From Proteobacteria bacterium bin106 (GTDB taxonomy: Bacteria > Bdellovibrionota_B > Oligoflexia > Oligoflexales > Bin106), in contig MPNI01000002.1 in NCBI GenBank assembly GCA_002238945.1, forward strand, positions 72,855-136,854: a stretch of DNA of 64,000 nt. Reading direction: 5' to 3'. Numbering within the stretch: position 1 is the stretch's first letter; every line of letters starts with the position of its first letter. Below are positions 35,611-45,378 of this stretch, one piece after another. A program made the translations under genes and the position numbers. The notes under the pieces were generated by a model. The model did no database searches, was not told the DNA's origin, and worked only from the letters and a program-made list of their open reading frames with translations.

Positions 35611-38444
35611 GAAACATTCCTGCCACAACAATGTTTATACTTCTTTTTTGAACCACATGGACACGGATCATTACGACCCACCTTTTTTTCAGACTTACGT
35701 ACCACAGTTCCCAGACTTTTTTGAGACGAACTCTGACCCTCTGTCATAGCTCGTCTACCATCACTGTTATCTCCACCACCAGCTCCATGATAAGATACAC
35801 GCTTATCAAGATCCAAGTCCGCTGTTTTCTTATTAAGAATCTTGCGAGCTTTTTTGGGAAGAGTGTTTAAAGCATCGCTGAGTAACGCTTGAGTCGTTGG
35901 ACTCACCTCAGCTGTATCTTGCTGCTGTTCTTGCTGTTCTTGTTCTCCTTGTTGTTGCTGCTGTTCTTGTAAGGCAGCCTCTTTAGCACGCACAATTTCT
36001 TGGCGTGGAGGCACAGATAACAAAAAGCGGCTTATCTCACGATTGATGGTATCCATCAATCGGCTAAATAATTGATAAGCTTCTTTTTTATACTCCTGAA
36101 GAGGATCCCTTTGCCCATAACCACGTAATCTTACCGCATCTTTCAAACCATCCATATCCAAGAGATGACTCTTCCATTTCACATCCACTATTTGCAAATA
36201 CACCGACTGAGAAAGAGAATGGATTTCTTTAAACTCTTTAAGCACATCAAGTACATCGTCACATTTTTTATGAAGGTCCTGTTTGAGTATATCAAGAAAA
36301 GACTCCTCATCTTGAGGTAATGGTGCCGAACGTGATACATCGTCTTTGCTTCCTAAAATCACAGGAACGTAATGAAAGAGCTCCTGAGCCTTCTCTCTCA
36401 TTTTAGCTAAAGGCCAGCTGTCACGTTCTTCTTGATCATCTTTGAGCTGTTTTGGCACTAAAGAAGAATCGTGCGTATCTTTATCCATCGCTTGAAGCTC
36501 TTTAACCATGGCAGCATCTTCGAGTAACTCTGCTGCCATACGATCCACAGCATCAAACATCACCTCAGCAAAGTCCATTTCACCTCTAAGAGCCTCACCA
36601 CGTCTTTGATAAATAATCGTGCGCTGAGTGTTCATCACATCATCGTATTCTAGAAGATGCTTTCTTGATGAAAAGTTTTGTTCTTCCACACGTTTTTGAG
36701 CTTTTTCAATAGCCCGTGACACCATGGATGATTCAATAGCTGCACCACCTGTAAGACCCATGGTTTTCATAATTCCTGATAAACGATCTGAAGCAAAAAT
36801 ACGCATCAAATCATCTTCTAAAGACAGATAAAAACTGCTTTTTCCAGGATCACCTTGACGGCCTGAACGCCCCCTCAGCTGATTATCAATACGACGTGAT
36901 TCATGACGCTCTGTACCGATAACCAACAAACCACCTAAAGCTAAGGTTTCATCGCTTAACTGAATATCCGTTCCTCGACCTGCCATATTGGTAGCAATGG
37001 TGACATGTCCGCGCTCTCCAGCATGAGCAATAATATCCGCCTCACGAGAATGGTTTTTGGCATTAAGAATCTCATGAGGAGTGCCCTTATCTTTAAGAAG
37101 AGATGATAACAGCTCTGATTTTTCCACCGATGTTGTTCCTACCAGAACCGGCTGACCACGATGCGATTCTTTGGCAATCTGAGCAGCAATAGCTTCAAAT
37201 TTCTCAGAAGCTGTACGATACACCACATCCACCATATCCTGACGAATAATGGGCTTATTGGTGGGAATAACGACCACATCGAGATTGTAAATCTTCTTAA
37301 ACTCCACAGCCTCTGTATCAGCCGTACCTGTCATGCCAGAAAGAGTAGGGTACATGCGAAAGAAATTCTGAAAGGTAATACTCGCTAGAGTTTGTGTCTC
37401 TTTTTGGACCTCCACACTTTCTTTAGCCTCAAGGGCTGAATGCAAACCATCACCATAACGCCTACCAGGCATCAAACGCCCGGTGTGTTCATCGATGATC
37501 ATCACCCGGTTTTGCTGAACCACATAATGCACATCCTTTTTAAATAACACCTCAGCTTTAAGCGCCTGATGAATATGATGCAATAAATGTGCATGGGAAA
37601 GATCAAACATATTGGCTATCTTTAAACGCTTTTCTATACGTGATACCCCATCATCTGTTAAAGAAACACTACGGGATTTTTCATCGATCACATAATCACT
37701 GTCTTTGCGTAATCCTGTAATGGTCCGTCGCGCAAGATGATAACTGTCCTGCTCACCTTCAGCATCACCCGAAATAATCAAAGGAGTACGAGCCTCATCG
37801 ATAAGAATAGAGTCCACTTCATCCACAATGGCAAAATGAAAAGGCCTTTGTACCAAGTGATCCACATCCACTTTCATATTATCGCGCAAATAATCAAAGC
37901 CAAACTCGTTGTTAGTACCATAGGTGATATCAGCAGCATAAGCCTTCTTACGCTCCGCATAAGACAAACCCTGAACAATCACCCCAACCGATAAACCCAG
38001 AAAAGTATATGTGGCTCCCATCCACTTAGCATCACGCTGAGCTAAATACTCATTAACCGTAACAACATGAGCACCTTTGCCGGTTAAACCTCTTAAATAA
38101 CACGGCAAAGTTGCTGTAAGTGTTTTACCTTCACCGGTTTTCATCTCAGCAATATTGCCATAATGCAAGACAATACCACCAGCAAGTTGTACAGGGAAAT
38201 GTCTTTGAGAAAGAACACGTTTGCTCGCTTCACGACATACCGCAAACACTTCACATAACAGATCATCAAGAGATTTTCCGTTACGCAACAATTCTTTGAA
38301 ATAAGGCGTTTTAGCTTGCAACTCCTCATCGCTCAAAGCACTGATAGTAGGCTCTAAAGCCTCTATGTTTTTGACTAAAGGAGATATCTTTTTTTTAAGA
38401 ATTCTATCGTTTTGGGTGCCAAACAATCGCTGCATAAAAGCCAT
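35607..38444 (-). CDS. secA: preprotein translocase ATPase SecA
   Basis: MAFMQRLFGTQNDRILKK N-terminus, DEAD-like motifs (MKTGEGKTL, DEVDSILIDEARTPLIISG), TNMAGRGTDI, and the C-terminal Zn finger CPCGSKKKYKHCCG. ATG at 38444 has AGGTG 6 nt upstream. Confidence 0.97.
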   Translation of the reverse strand: MAFMQRLFGTQNDRILKKKISPLVKNIEALEPTISALSDEELQAKTPYFKELLRNGKSLDDLLCEVFAVCREASKRVLSQRHFPVQLAGGIVLHYGNIAEMKTGEGKTLTATLPCYLRGLTGKGAHVVTVNEYLAQRDAKWMGATYTFLGLSVGVIVQGLSYAERKKAYAADITYGTNNEFGFDYLRDNMKVDVDHLVQRPFHFAIVDEVDSILIDEARTPLIISGDAEGEQDSYHLARRTITGLRKDSDYVIDEKSRSVSLTDDGVSRIEKRLKIANMFDLSHAHLLHHIHQALKAEVLFKKDVHYVVQQNRVMIIDEHTGRLMPGRRYGDGLHSALEAKESVEVQKETQTLASITFQNFFRMYPTLSGMTGTADTEAVEFKKIYNLDVVVIPTNKPIIRQDMVDVVYRTASEKFEAIAAQIAKESHRGQPVLVGTTSVEKSELLSSLLKDKGTPHEILNAKNHSREADIIAHAGERGHVTIATNMAGRGTDIQLSDETLALGGLLVIGTERHESRRIDNQLRGRSGRQGDPGKSSFYLSLEDDLMRIFASDRLSGIMKTMGLTGGAAIESSMVSRAIEKAQKRVEEQNFSSRKHLLEYDDVMNTQRTIIYQRRGEALRGEMDFAEVMFDAVDRMAAELLEDAAMVKELQAMDKDTHDSSLVPKQLKDDQEERDSWPLAKMREKAQELFHYVPVILGSKDDVSRSAPLPQDEESFLDILKQDLHKKCDDVLDVLKEFKEIHSLSQSVYLQIVDVKWKSHLLDMDGLKDAVRLRGYGQRDPLQEYKKEAYQLFSRLMDTINREISRFLLSVPPRQEIVRAKEAALQEQQQQQGEQEQQEQQQDTAEVSPTTQALLSDALNTLPKKARKILNKKTADLDLDKRVSYHGAGGGDNSDGRRAMTEGQSSSQKSLGTVVRKSEKKVGRNDPCPCGSKKKYKHCCGRNVS

Positions 38445-38485
38445 GAAACACACCTACACCAAAACCATAGAAAACATTTACAAGC

Positions 38486-39490
38486 TTACAATTTATCCGA
38501 AGCACTCGCTGCTGCAAAGTTCCAGGCCAGGTCAGTTTGCATCATAAACTTACGGGGATCACGTGCTCGTCCATTCACCCATACCTCATAGTGAAGATGA
38601 GGCCCTGTGGAACGCCCTGAAGAGCCCACAGCAGCAATGGGATCACCACGTTGCACCTTCTCTCCTGTTTGTACAAACAACTCCGAATTATGACCATATT
38701 TTGTCACCATGCCATGATCATGAGCAATCATCAATAACAAGCCAAAGCCAGGCTTTTTACCTGAAAAAATCACCACGCCACTAGCTGGGGCATACACCGG
38801 AGAACCCACCCGAGCAGCTATATCAATGCCATAATGCATGGTACGTTGCCCCGTAAAAGGAGAAATACGGTACCCATACCCTGAAGTGACCCACCCCTTC
38901 ACCGGCTTGCCCAGAGGAATTGATGAAAACAAATGACGCTTTTGCTGAAGGGTTAAGAGTAATTGTTTTAAAAGATTGCTCTGCTGATAAGCTAATTTAT
39001 CCACAGTATGAATCTCTTGGATCAAAGGACGAAACACAAAATCATCAAAAACAATCCCCAAAGCTCCACGATCAGCATTATCCCTTTGTGGCTGAGCTAG
39101 CTGATTGCGATGATGAATACGCTCTTCTTCTGCGGTTAAAGGACCTATGCCAGCACGCTTAGAAACACGGTCCACTTTAAAAGCTACTAACTCACTGAGA
39201 TTTGCCATGTAACTATCCACCTTCTTGAGCTGCTTTTTAGCCACTTCAAGCTGAGATGACACCAAAGATGCTTCTGAACGCATATGCTCACGCTCACTCA
39301 AAGCTTCTCTATATTCATGCTGCATCCCACGCAACGACAGATAATGACTCACCACAAACACAGCCACACCTAACAACACGCTACTCATTGCCATCACCAC
39401 CATCAACAAACGATGGGAGACATGTAAACGACGTGTTGTGTGGCTTTCCTCAGAAAGCAACATAACCGTATAGTGTTTAGACAATGACAT
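38486..39490 (-). CDS. M23-family metallopeptidase (murein endopeptidase-like)
   Basis: N-terminal TM helix, coiled coil, then HYGIDIAARVGSPVYAPASGVV and HLHYEVWVNG (the HxxxD / HxH metal motifs). Confidence 0.85.
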   Translation of the reverse strand: MSLSKHYTVMLLSEESHTTRRLHVSHRLLMVVMAMSSVLLGVAVFVVSHYLSLRGMQHEYREALSEREHMRSEASLVSSQLEVAKKQLKKVDSYMANLSELVAFKVDRVSKRAGIGPLTAEEERIHHRNQLAQPQRDNADRGALGIVFDDFVFRPLIQEIHTVDKLAYQQSNLLKQLLLTLQQKRHLFSSIPLGKPVKGWVTSGYGYRISPFTGQRTMHYGIDIAARVGSPVYAPASGVVIFSGKKPGFGLLLMIAHDHGMVTKYGHNSELFVQTGEKVQRGDPIAAVGSSGRSTGPHLHYEVWVNGRARDPRKFMMQTDLAWNFAAASASDKL

Positions 39491-39645
39491 CCCTCTCTGA
39501 TCCGTTAAAAACGATCTAACTCTCTTCGCTCATTCTCTCTATTTCGTCTATTGTTTTATCTCTCTTGTTTGCTCTCAAGTAACATCACCTAAGCCATCAC
39601 TTCGACAATAACACCTCTTCACATAATGAGAATTACACTCTCTCT

Positions 39646-39689
39646 CTCATTCATCTCTCATTCATCTCTCATTCATCTCTCATTCATAT
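39646..39689. repeat. 11-nt tandem repeat (ctcattcatct x4)
   Basis: Read directly. Lies in the spacer between the PP2C gene and the M23 peptidase gene. Confidence 0.9.
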
Positions 39690-39828
39690 ATAGCGCCTCA
39701 ACTGGTTCACCTGTATCCATGGTGGATTGTGTATTATTTGTATCTGTATCACTCATTACGGTAGATTATAGATTATAGATATTCTGTGGCATAACTCAAA
39801 GATGAGCTAGAGGTGAACTAGAGGTGAG

Positions 39829-40554
39829 CTAAAGAATAGACACGATGATCACCGATATATTATCTTCTCCTCCAGCCGCATTGGCTAACTCAATCAATTC
39901 ATGCTGCTTTTCTAACTCATCTCCATTAAGCACCTTAGCGATCACAGAATCAGAAACTTTACCATGCAAGCCGTCGCTACACAGCAACAACTTATCTCCT
40001 GAGCGTAAAGACTGAGAAAAGGTATCAATATGCTCTTCTTTACGATACCCCACAGATCGAGTGATCACATTCCTTAATGCATGATTTTTTGCCGAACTCT
40101 CTGAGATAAGTCCGGCTTTTAATTGCTCAGCAATCAAAGAGTGATCCTCAGAAATCTGATAGAGAAACCCCGAGCGCAACATGTAAATCCGTGAATCTCC
40201 AGCATGAGCACAATGAGCTTTACGATCATGGATCCATATCATAGAACATGTCGTACCCATAGCTCGTAAATCAGGCTTTTCTAAAGAACGCAAAAAGATC
40301 GTAGAAGAAGCCGTATTCACCTGCTTTTCAAAAAACACCTGAATCTTACGGTCTGATTGTCCCCGAGGTAATGATGAGCGCTGCAAAGTTTGAAAGTGAC
40401 TCACCACCATCTGTGATGCCACTTCTCCTCCAGCATGCCCCCCCATACCGTCAGCCACAATAAAAAGAAGATTTTCATTGTCAATAAAGATCGAATCCTG
40501 ATTACTCTTCCGTACGATCCCCACATCTGTCATGCCAATGCCGTAGGCTTCCAT
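39829..40554 (-). CDS. PP2C-family Ser/Thr protein phosphatase
   Basis: TDVGIVRKSNQD, ADGMGGHAGGEVAS, LLLCSDGL and GGEDNISVIIV motifs. ATG at 40554 has AGGA upstream; the ORF track's TTG is at 40572. Confidence 0.85.
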   Translation of the reverse strand: MEAYGIGMTDVGIVRKSNQDSIFIDNENLLFIVADGMGGHAGGEVASQMVVSHFQTLQRSSLPRGQSDRKIQVFFEKQVNTASSTIFLRSLEKPDLRAMGTTCSMIWIHDRKAHCAHAGDSRIYMLRSGFLYQISEDHSLIAEQLKAGLISESSAKNHALRNVITRSVGYRKEEHIDTFSQSLRSGDKLLLCSDGLHGKVSDSVIAKVLNGDELEKQHELIELANAAGGEDNISVIIVSIL

Positions 40555-40783
40555 ACAGTTCCTATAACACAAAACCCAGCTTACAACCAGCTTATAAACG
40601 TCTTCTCTACAATGAAATATTCATTATTCATATTCTTTGACGTATGTTTACTTATGCGTCCTTATAAACTCTTATATGTCATATATCTTTTGTTATCAAA
40701 GAGCTTGCCTGCTCTATTTATCATTTCTCTTCGTCTTTCTTCATCTTTCTTCGTCATCTCTATCACTCATCTTGTAACACATC

Positions 40784-41404
40784 TTAAAGCAAAAGATGTC
40801 GCTGCTCATACAAAAACTCTGCAGTTATCATAGCAGCCTTGCCATAATTCTCACGCCACTGCCTACGACCATCCTTGCCGACAACATTTGTGATGCCAAG
40901 AACAATAGTCACGTCTTGACAACGGGCTAAATAATCACCCACAGCATACAACTCAAGATTTTCAACACCTCGGCTAGCTGTGCTTAACTGACTCGGAACG
41001 AGGTCAGCACACAACGTGATAGCAGGAGAGGTAAAACACATCACCGAAGAAAGCTGAGAAGCCACCGCATTACGAGACACACAAGGGAGCGACAAGGGAG
41101 GAGCGGGTTCCACTAAAGCAGCCATGTTTGTGCGTATGGATGGCGGAGACCAATACAGCGTCTCACAGGTCACTAACTCCAAAACATGATGACAAGCAAA
41201 CTCTCCACAACTACCAATATAGATCACCTTCGAAGATGGAGGCAGTTGCGCAACAGACCGTCCTGCTACTAAAGGCCCTATGCCTAATTCATAAAATCTA
41301 TAAGACAAAGCCACATCAGACAACATATCCAAAGTCGGCTTAGCTTCAAAAGCCTGAGCTGCAAGTACCTGAAGTGGAGCCTCTACTGTCAAAGATATCC
41401 TCAC
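40784..41404 (-). CDS. PNP_UDP_1-like nucleosidase (MTA/futalosine-hydrolase-like)
   Basis: ELGIGPLVAG and VENLELYAVGDY...GITNVVG resemble the GIGKV.A and E(D/N)MEG.AV...ISN motifs of this fold. GTG start. Confidence 0.4.
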   Translation of the reverse strand: MRISLTVEAPLQVLAAQAFEAKPTLDMLSDVALSYRFYELGIGPLVAGRSVAQLPPSSKVIYIGSCGEFACHHVLELVTCETLYWSPPSIRTNMAALVEPAPPLSLPCVSRNAVASQLSSVMCFTSPAITLCADLVPSQLSTASRGVENLELYAVGDYLARCQDVTIVLGITNVVGKDGRRQWRENYGKAAMITAEFLYEQRHLLL

Positions 41405-41440
41405 CCCTACTGAACAATCATCATCTCAAGTAGCTATCTA

Positions 41441-41481
41441 TTATAGCTAGTCTGTTATAGCTAGTCTGTCATAGCTAGTCC
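41441..41481. repeat. 14-nt tandem repeat (ttatagctagtctg x2.9) spanning the RNase J stop codon
   Basis: Read directly. The TAG (41475-41477) lies in the third copy. Confidence 0.85.
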
Positions 41482-43247
41482 AAAACCCAAACATGAGATA
41501 ATACCTGGCTCTTACACTGCCATCTCTGGGAAAGAAAGCTCTCAAAACGTACCGAAATAAACTGATCCAAAGAGGTGTCTTGGTTATGACGTCCTGAAAG
41601 ATACTTCTCTATAATTTTATACATAACCTCACAAGCTTCCTCGTAGTCATGGTCTTGCCAGTCCAGTGCAGAACCTTTGTTTTCAAACACAGGTCCATGG
41701 GTAAAGTCATCTTGATGAACCATATATATCCCAGACACCACCATAACCCCCCCTAGAGCTAACTTGCGACGAGCTATCACGTTGTCATGAGAAATCACCC
41801 GATCATATCTGTCCACATAACACTCATTAAAAGATTCTTCACAAGAGTAAGGGAATATCTGATCTTTATAGAGCAAACAGCCATTTTGATTTTTCCACAT
41901 AAATGTGGGATGTTCCTTGCGATGCTGGGCATTGGCCATCAAATGCATTAACTCACCATGAATAGGAATGAAATAACGCGGTTTAATCAACGAAAGCATA
42001 ATATCAATATCTGTACTATAAGCATGACCCGACACATGAATAGGACTTTCTGTATCAGCTACCACCACACTCGCTCCTTGCCACATAATCATGCCCTGGG
42101 CTCGAACAATCTCGCGCTCATGACCAGGAATGGTGCGGGATGAAAACACCACCGTATCACCTTCCTGCAAAGACAAACTGCCATAAGTCCGATTGATGAT
42201 ACGAGACAGCACAGAACGTGGTTCCATCTGTGAGCCAGACACAATAAAAACATCACCATTATCACGACTCGCCTCATGCTCTTCAGCAGATAAAGAAAAA
42301 ACACCTCCTTTATAACCACTCACCGCTTCCCCATAACTCACCCCTTCTTTGGGAGGTTCATATACTCCTAAAGCCTTACCCATTTCCAAGGTTTTATTCA
42401 TACCAAAACCCAACACATACACCCGCTTACCACACTGCCTAGCTGCTTCAATAATATGAATCAAGCGCCATAAATTCGATGAAAAAGTGGAAACAAATAT
42501 CCGGCCTTCACTACGAGCAAAAACAGCGCCAAGATGCACGCGTGTGCTTTCTTCTGAAGGACTAGCTCCTTGGCGATGAGCATTGGTGCTATCACAAAGA
42601 AAAACATCAATCATGCCATCTGATGCAATCTCTTGCCAACGTTGTAAGTCCGCAGGTTTTTCTAAAGAAGAATGCCGATCGATTTTAAAATCTCCACTAT
42701 GGGCAATACGATGGTACCTGGTTTCAATAAACACACTGTATGATTCAGGAATAGAGTGATTCACAGAAATATACTCAAAATACACAGAACCCACAGAAAA
42801 ACGCTCTCCACAAGATAGAGATACCAAAAACTTACGAAAATCAGGTTTGTTCTGTCTTTGAATGTCCCCTTCAATACAGGCAATGGTCCAAGGGGTGGCA
42901 TATACCGGAGCAGGCCAACGCTCCAAAAAATACATCAAAGCACCCACATGATCACGATGAGCATGAGTGATCACATACCCCTTAGGATGACCATAACGCT
43001 TAACCAATGGCGTGATCTCATAAAACAAGCCCGATAATCCCAAATGGCTTTCTCGAGAAAACAACACCCCACAATCCACAAGAATAAAGTCATCATCACA
43101 CAAAAGAGCTGTCATATTCCGGCCAAACTCTCCACAACCACCTAAAGGCAATAACACCGTACTGCCTTGCCAAGCTGGACCTTTAGCTAAGTATGACTGC
43201 AACTCTTGAGGAGGAATAAACGGCTTATGAGGAGGATTGATGATCAT
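41475..43247 (-). CDS. rnj: ribonuclease J (metallo-beta-lactamase / beta-CASP)
   Basis: VITHAHRDHVGAL motif, beta-CASP-like middle region and HVSGHA. ATG at 43247 (MIINPP...) preferred; the ORF track starts at 43313. Confidence 0.8.
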   Translation of the reverse strand: MIINPPHKPFIPPQELQSYLAKGPAWQGSTVLLPLGGCGEFGRNMTALLCDDDFILVDCGVLFSRESHLGLSGLFYEITPLVKRYGHPKGYVITHAHRDHVGALMYFLERWPAPVYATPWTIACIEGDIQRQNKPDFRKFLVSLSCGERFSVGSVYFEYISVNHSIPESYSVFIETRYHRIAHSGDFKIDRHSSLEKPADLQRWQEIASDGMIDVFLCDSTNAHRQGASPSEESTRVHLGAVFARSEGRIFVSTFSSNLWRLIHIIEAARQCGKRVYVLGFGMNKTLEMGKALGVYEPPKEGVSYGEAVSGYKGGVFSLSAEEHEASRDNGDVFIVSGSQMEPRSVLSRIINRTYGSLSLQEGDTVVFSSRTIPGHEREIVRAQGMIMWQGASVVVADTESPIHVSGHAYSTDIDIMLSLIKPRYFIPIHGELMHLMANAQHRKEHPTFMWKNQNGCLLYKDQIFPYSCEESFNECYVDRYDRVISHDNVIARRKLALGGVMVVSGIYMVHQDDFTHGPVFENKGSALDWQDHDYEEACEVMYKIIEKYLSGRHNQDTSLDQFISVRFESFLSQRWQCKSQVLSHVWVLD

Positions 43248-43377
43248 AAAAAAATATACAAGGTGAGAAAGGAGTATAGAATCATGCAGAACAACAGAAA
43301 GGAGATGCCACATGCTCTACGTTAACCCAATGATAGCTAATCCTATACAACTATTTTTGAGGGGTTGTAAAAAAAAC

Positions 43378-44934
43378 CTAAGCCGGCTTAAGAGCCCGTT
43401 TTTGTGTACCGGTACTTAAAGATATCTGACCATTATCAAAAGCACGCCCAAAGGCTTTAAGAATATCAGGATCAAAAATATCCGTTTCTTTGCTTAATCT
43501 TTCCACAGCATCATAGTCTTCCATAAAGCCAGCATAACTACGCCCACTCACCATGGCATCAAAAGAATCCGCAATGGCCACCACCCGCCCAAAGAAAGGG
43601 ATATCATCACCCACCAAACCATCGGGATAACCCGTACCATCACGACGTTCATGGTGATGACGAACACCTCCCATAATCTCATGATAATTCGGCCAGTGAC
43701 GGATAATTTTATCACCAATACTAGGATGATGCTTGATCTCTTCAAACTCTTCATGGGTGAGCATAGAAGAGTTTTTCAAAATATGATCAGGCGTTCCAAT
43801 CTTACCCACATCATGACATAAAGACGATATAATCAGCCATTGTTTGGTGCGACGATCACAGTTTAATTCATCGGCAATAGCCAAAGAATAACGACACACT
43901 CTTTCAGAGTGTCCTGCTGTATAGGTGTCTTTTGCCTCAAGAGCCGTCATCAAGGAATCCACAGAGCTCAAGGTCCAAGCATCAATACCAGCACGTAAAA
44001 TCAAGCGATCAATACTCGGAGAAACCCGTGATAAAAAAGCCTGACAAAAACTCAACTGTGGCACAATCACATCAAAAGCCACTTGGCCTTCTATCTCTAA
44101 ATGCACTAAAGCAATCACCTCTCCTTGAGAGAATATGGGAGCAATCAAACGATGCACTCGCTGAGGATGTTGATGCTCAGAAGCTTTCAAAAAGATGGGT
44201 TTTTTCTGATTCATCACCTCCCCAAGACCACGTACTTGCAACCAACACGGTGCAGGGTCTTCATCAAAGTAATGCACAGCCTTAGGAATCAATTGCTTGG
44301 TTTTTTGAGAAGGTAACAAAAACATACCACGCTTCATACCACTCAGATTTTGCCCTAGCACATTGAGCAAAGTCGAGCCAGCATCAGACAGGCTATCTTT
44401 AACCAAAAAATCACCAAGATAGTTAAATAATGCCTCACCATGACCTACAGAGCTGATATAAGAAGCTACCAAAGCAGACATCTCCACTGTCTCAGGATGA
44501 TAAGGAGCATCAAGCTGCTCTTCATAAAAGACCCATTCCTGAGATCCAGATGACACATCAGCAGACTCTCCAAAAGACAGATGCTGTCCCCAACGTGATG
44601 AATAAGCTGGCAGATCCTTTGAGAGTGCATAACTCTGTTCATTTTTCTTATACAGCACCATCTCTGTGGTACCAATTAAGATACGATCACTTAAACTAAA
44701 CATGGCACTCATCACGCGATTGCCGTTTAAGTAGGTTCCATTGGTGGAGCCTAGATCTTCCACAAAAAACACATTATTTTTTCGAAGTATTTGAAAATGC
44801 TGACGAGATGTCTCTCCATCCTCCACACTCACTCCCTCTGCCACTTCTCTTCCCACCACAACAGGAAATTGCGACAAAGGTACACATTGCCCTTGATTAG
44901 GACCACGGGTAATATGAAGGTAATAAGCACTCAT
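43378..44934 (-). CDS. FHA domain - GAF-like - HD-GYP domain protein (putative c-di-GMP phosphodiesterase)
   Basis: FHA: VVGRE...SRQHFQI...FFVEDLGSTNGTYLNG. HD-GYP: HSERV...LCHDVGKIG...HHERRDGTGYPDGL. Confidence 0.8.
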   Translation of the reverse strand: MSAYYLHITRGPNQGQCVPLSQFPVVVGREVAEGVSVEDGETSRQHFQILRKNNVFFVEDLGSTNGTYLNGNRVMSAMFSLSDRILIGTTEMVLYKKNEQSYALSKDLPAYSSRWGQHLSFGESADVSSGSQEWVFYEEQLDAPYHPETVEMSALVASYISSVGHGEALFNYLGDFLVKDSLSDAGSTLLNVLGQNLSGMKRGMFLLPSQKTKQLIPKAVHYFDEDPAPCWLQVRGLGEVMNQKKPIFLKASEHQHPQRVHRLIAPIFSQGEVIALVHLEIEGQVAFDVIVPQLSFCQAFLSRVSPSIDRLILRAGIDAWTLSSVDSLMTALEAKDTYTAGHSERVCRYSLAIADELNCDRRTKQWLIISSLCHDVGKIGTPDHILKNSSMLTHEEFEEIKHHPSIGDKIIRHWPNYHEIMGGVRHHHERRDGTGYPDGLVGDDIPFFGRVVAIADSFDAMVSGRSYAGFMEDYDAVERLSKETDIFDPDILKAFGRAFDNGQISLSTGTQKRALKPA

Positions 44935-44946
44935 ATATTCTACTTA

Positions 44947-44972
44947 TTTTTTTCGCTAGTTTTTTTCGCTAG
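44947..44972. repeat. 13-nt tandem repeat (tttttttcgctag x2) in the 5' leader of the FHA/HD-GYP gene
   Basis: Read directly. Starts 13 nt upstream of the start codon at 44934. Confidence 0.85.
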
Positions 44973-45378
44973 TTTTATGCCACTTACAAAACACCATAAA
45001 CACAACAGATAATTGCTTTCGGCCTAACAACCGTACATACCTCGGCTTAATCGAGGCATAGATTTAACCCACAATGCTGGGTTAAAGACGCAAGGGTTAT
45101 GAAAACACACCTTTGGTCAAAAACAACCCCCACCATCAACCATTACAGCTAAAGTAATCTGCTATTTTTTGCTGATTATCTAACTTTTTTGCTTTTTTAT
45201 AATGACATCTCAAGCAAACCCACGGTTTTTTCCAACTGAACCCTAGGATCTTTGATTGACTCTCTTTGGTGCGCATAGTAGGGTGAGCCACTAGCCACGG
45301 TGAGGTTATTTGACGAACCGAGTGCTGGGTTCATTTGCTCATAACCTACAAAAAACATAAAAAAAAGGAGACGAAACT

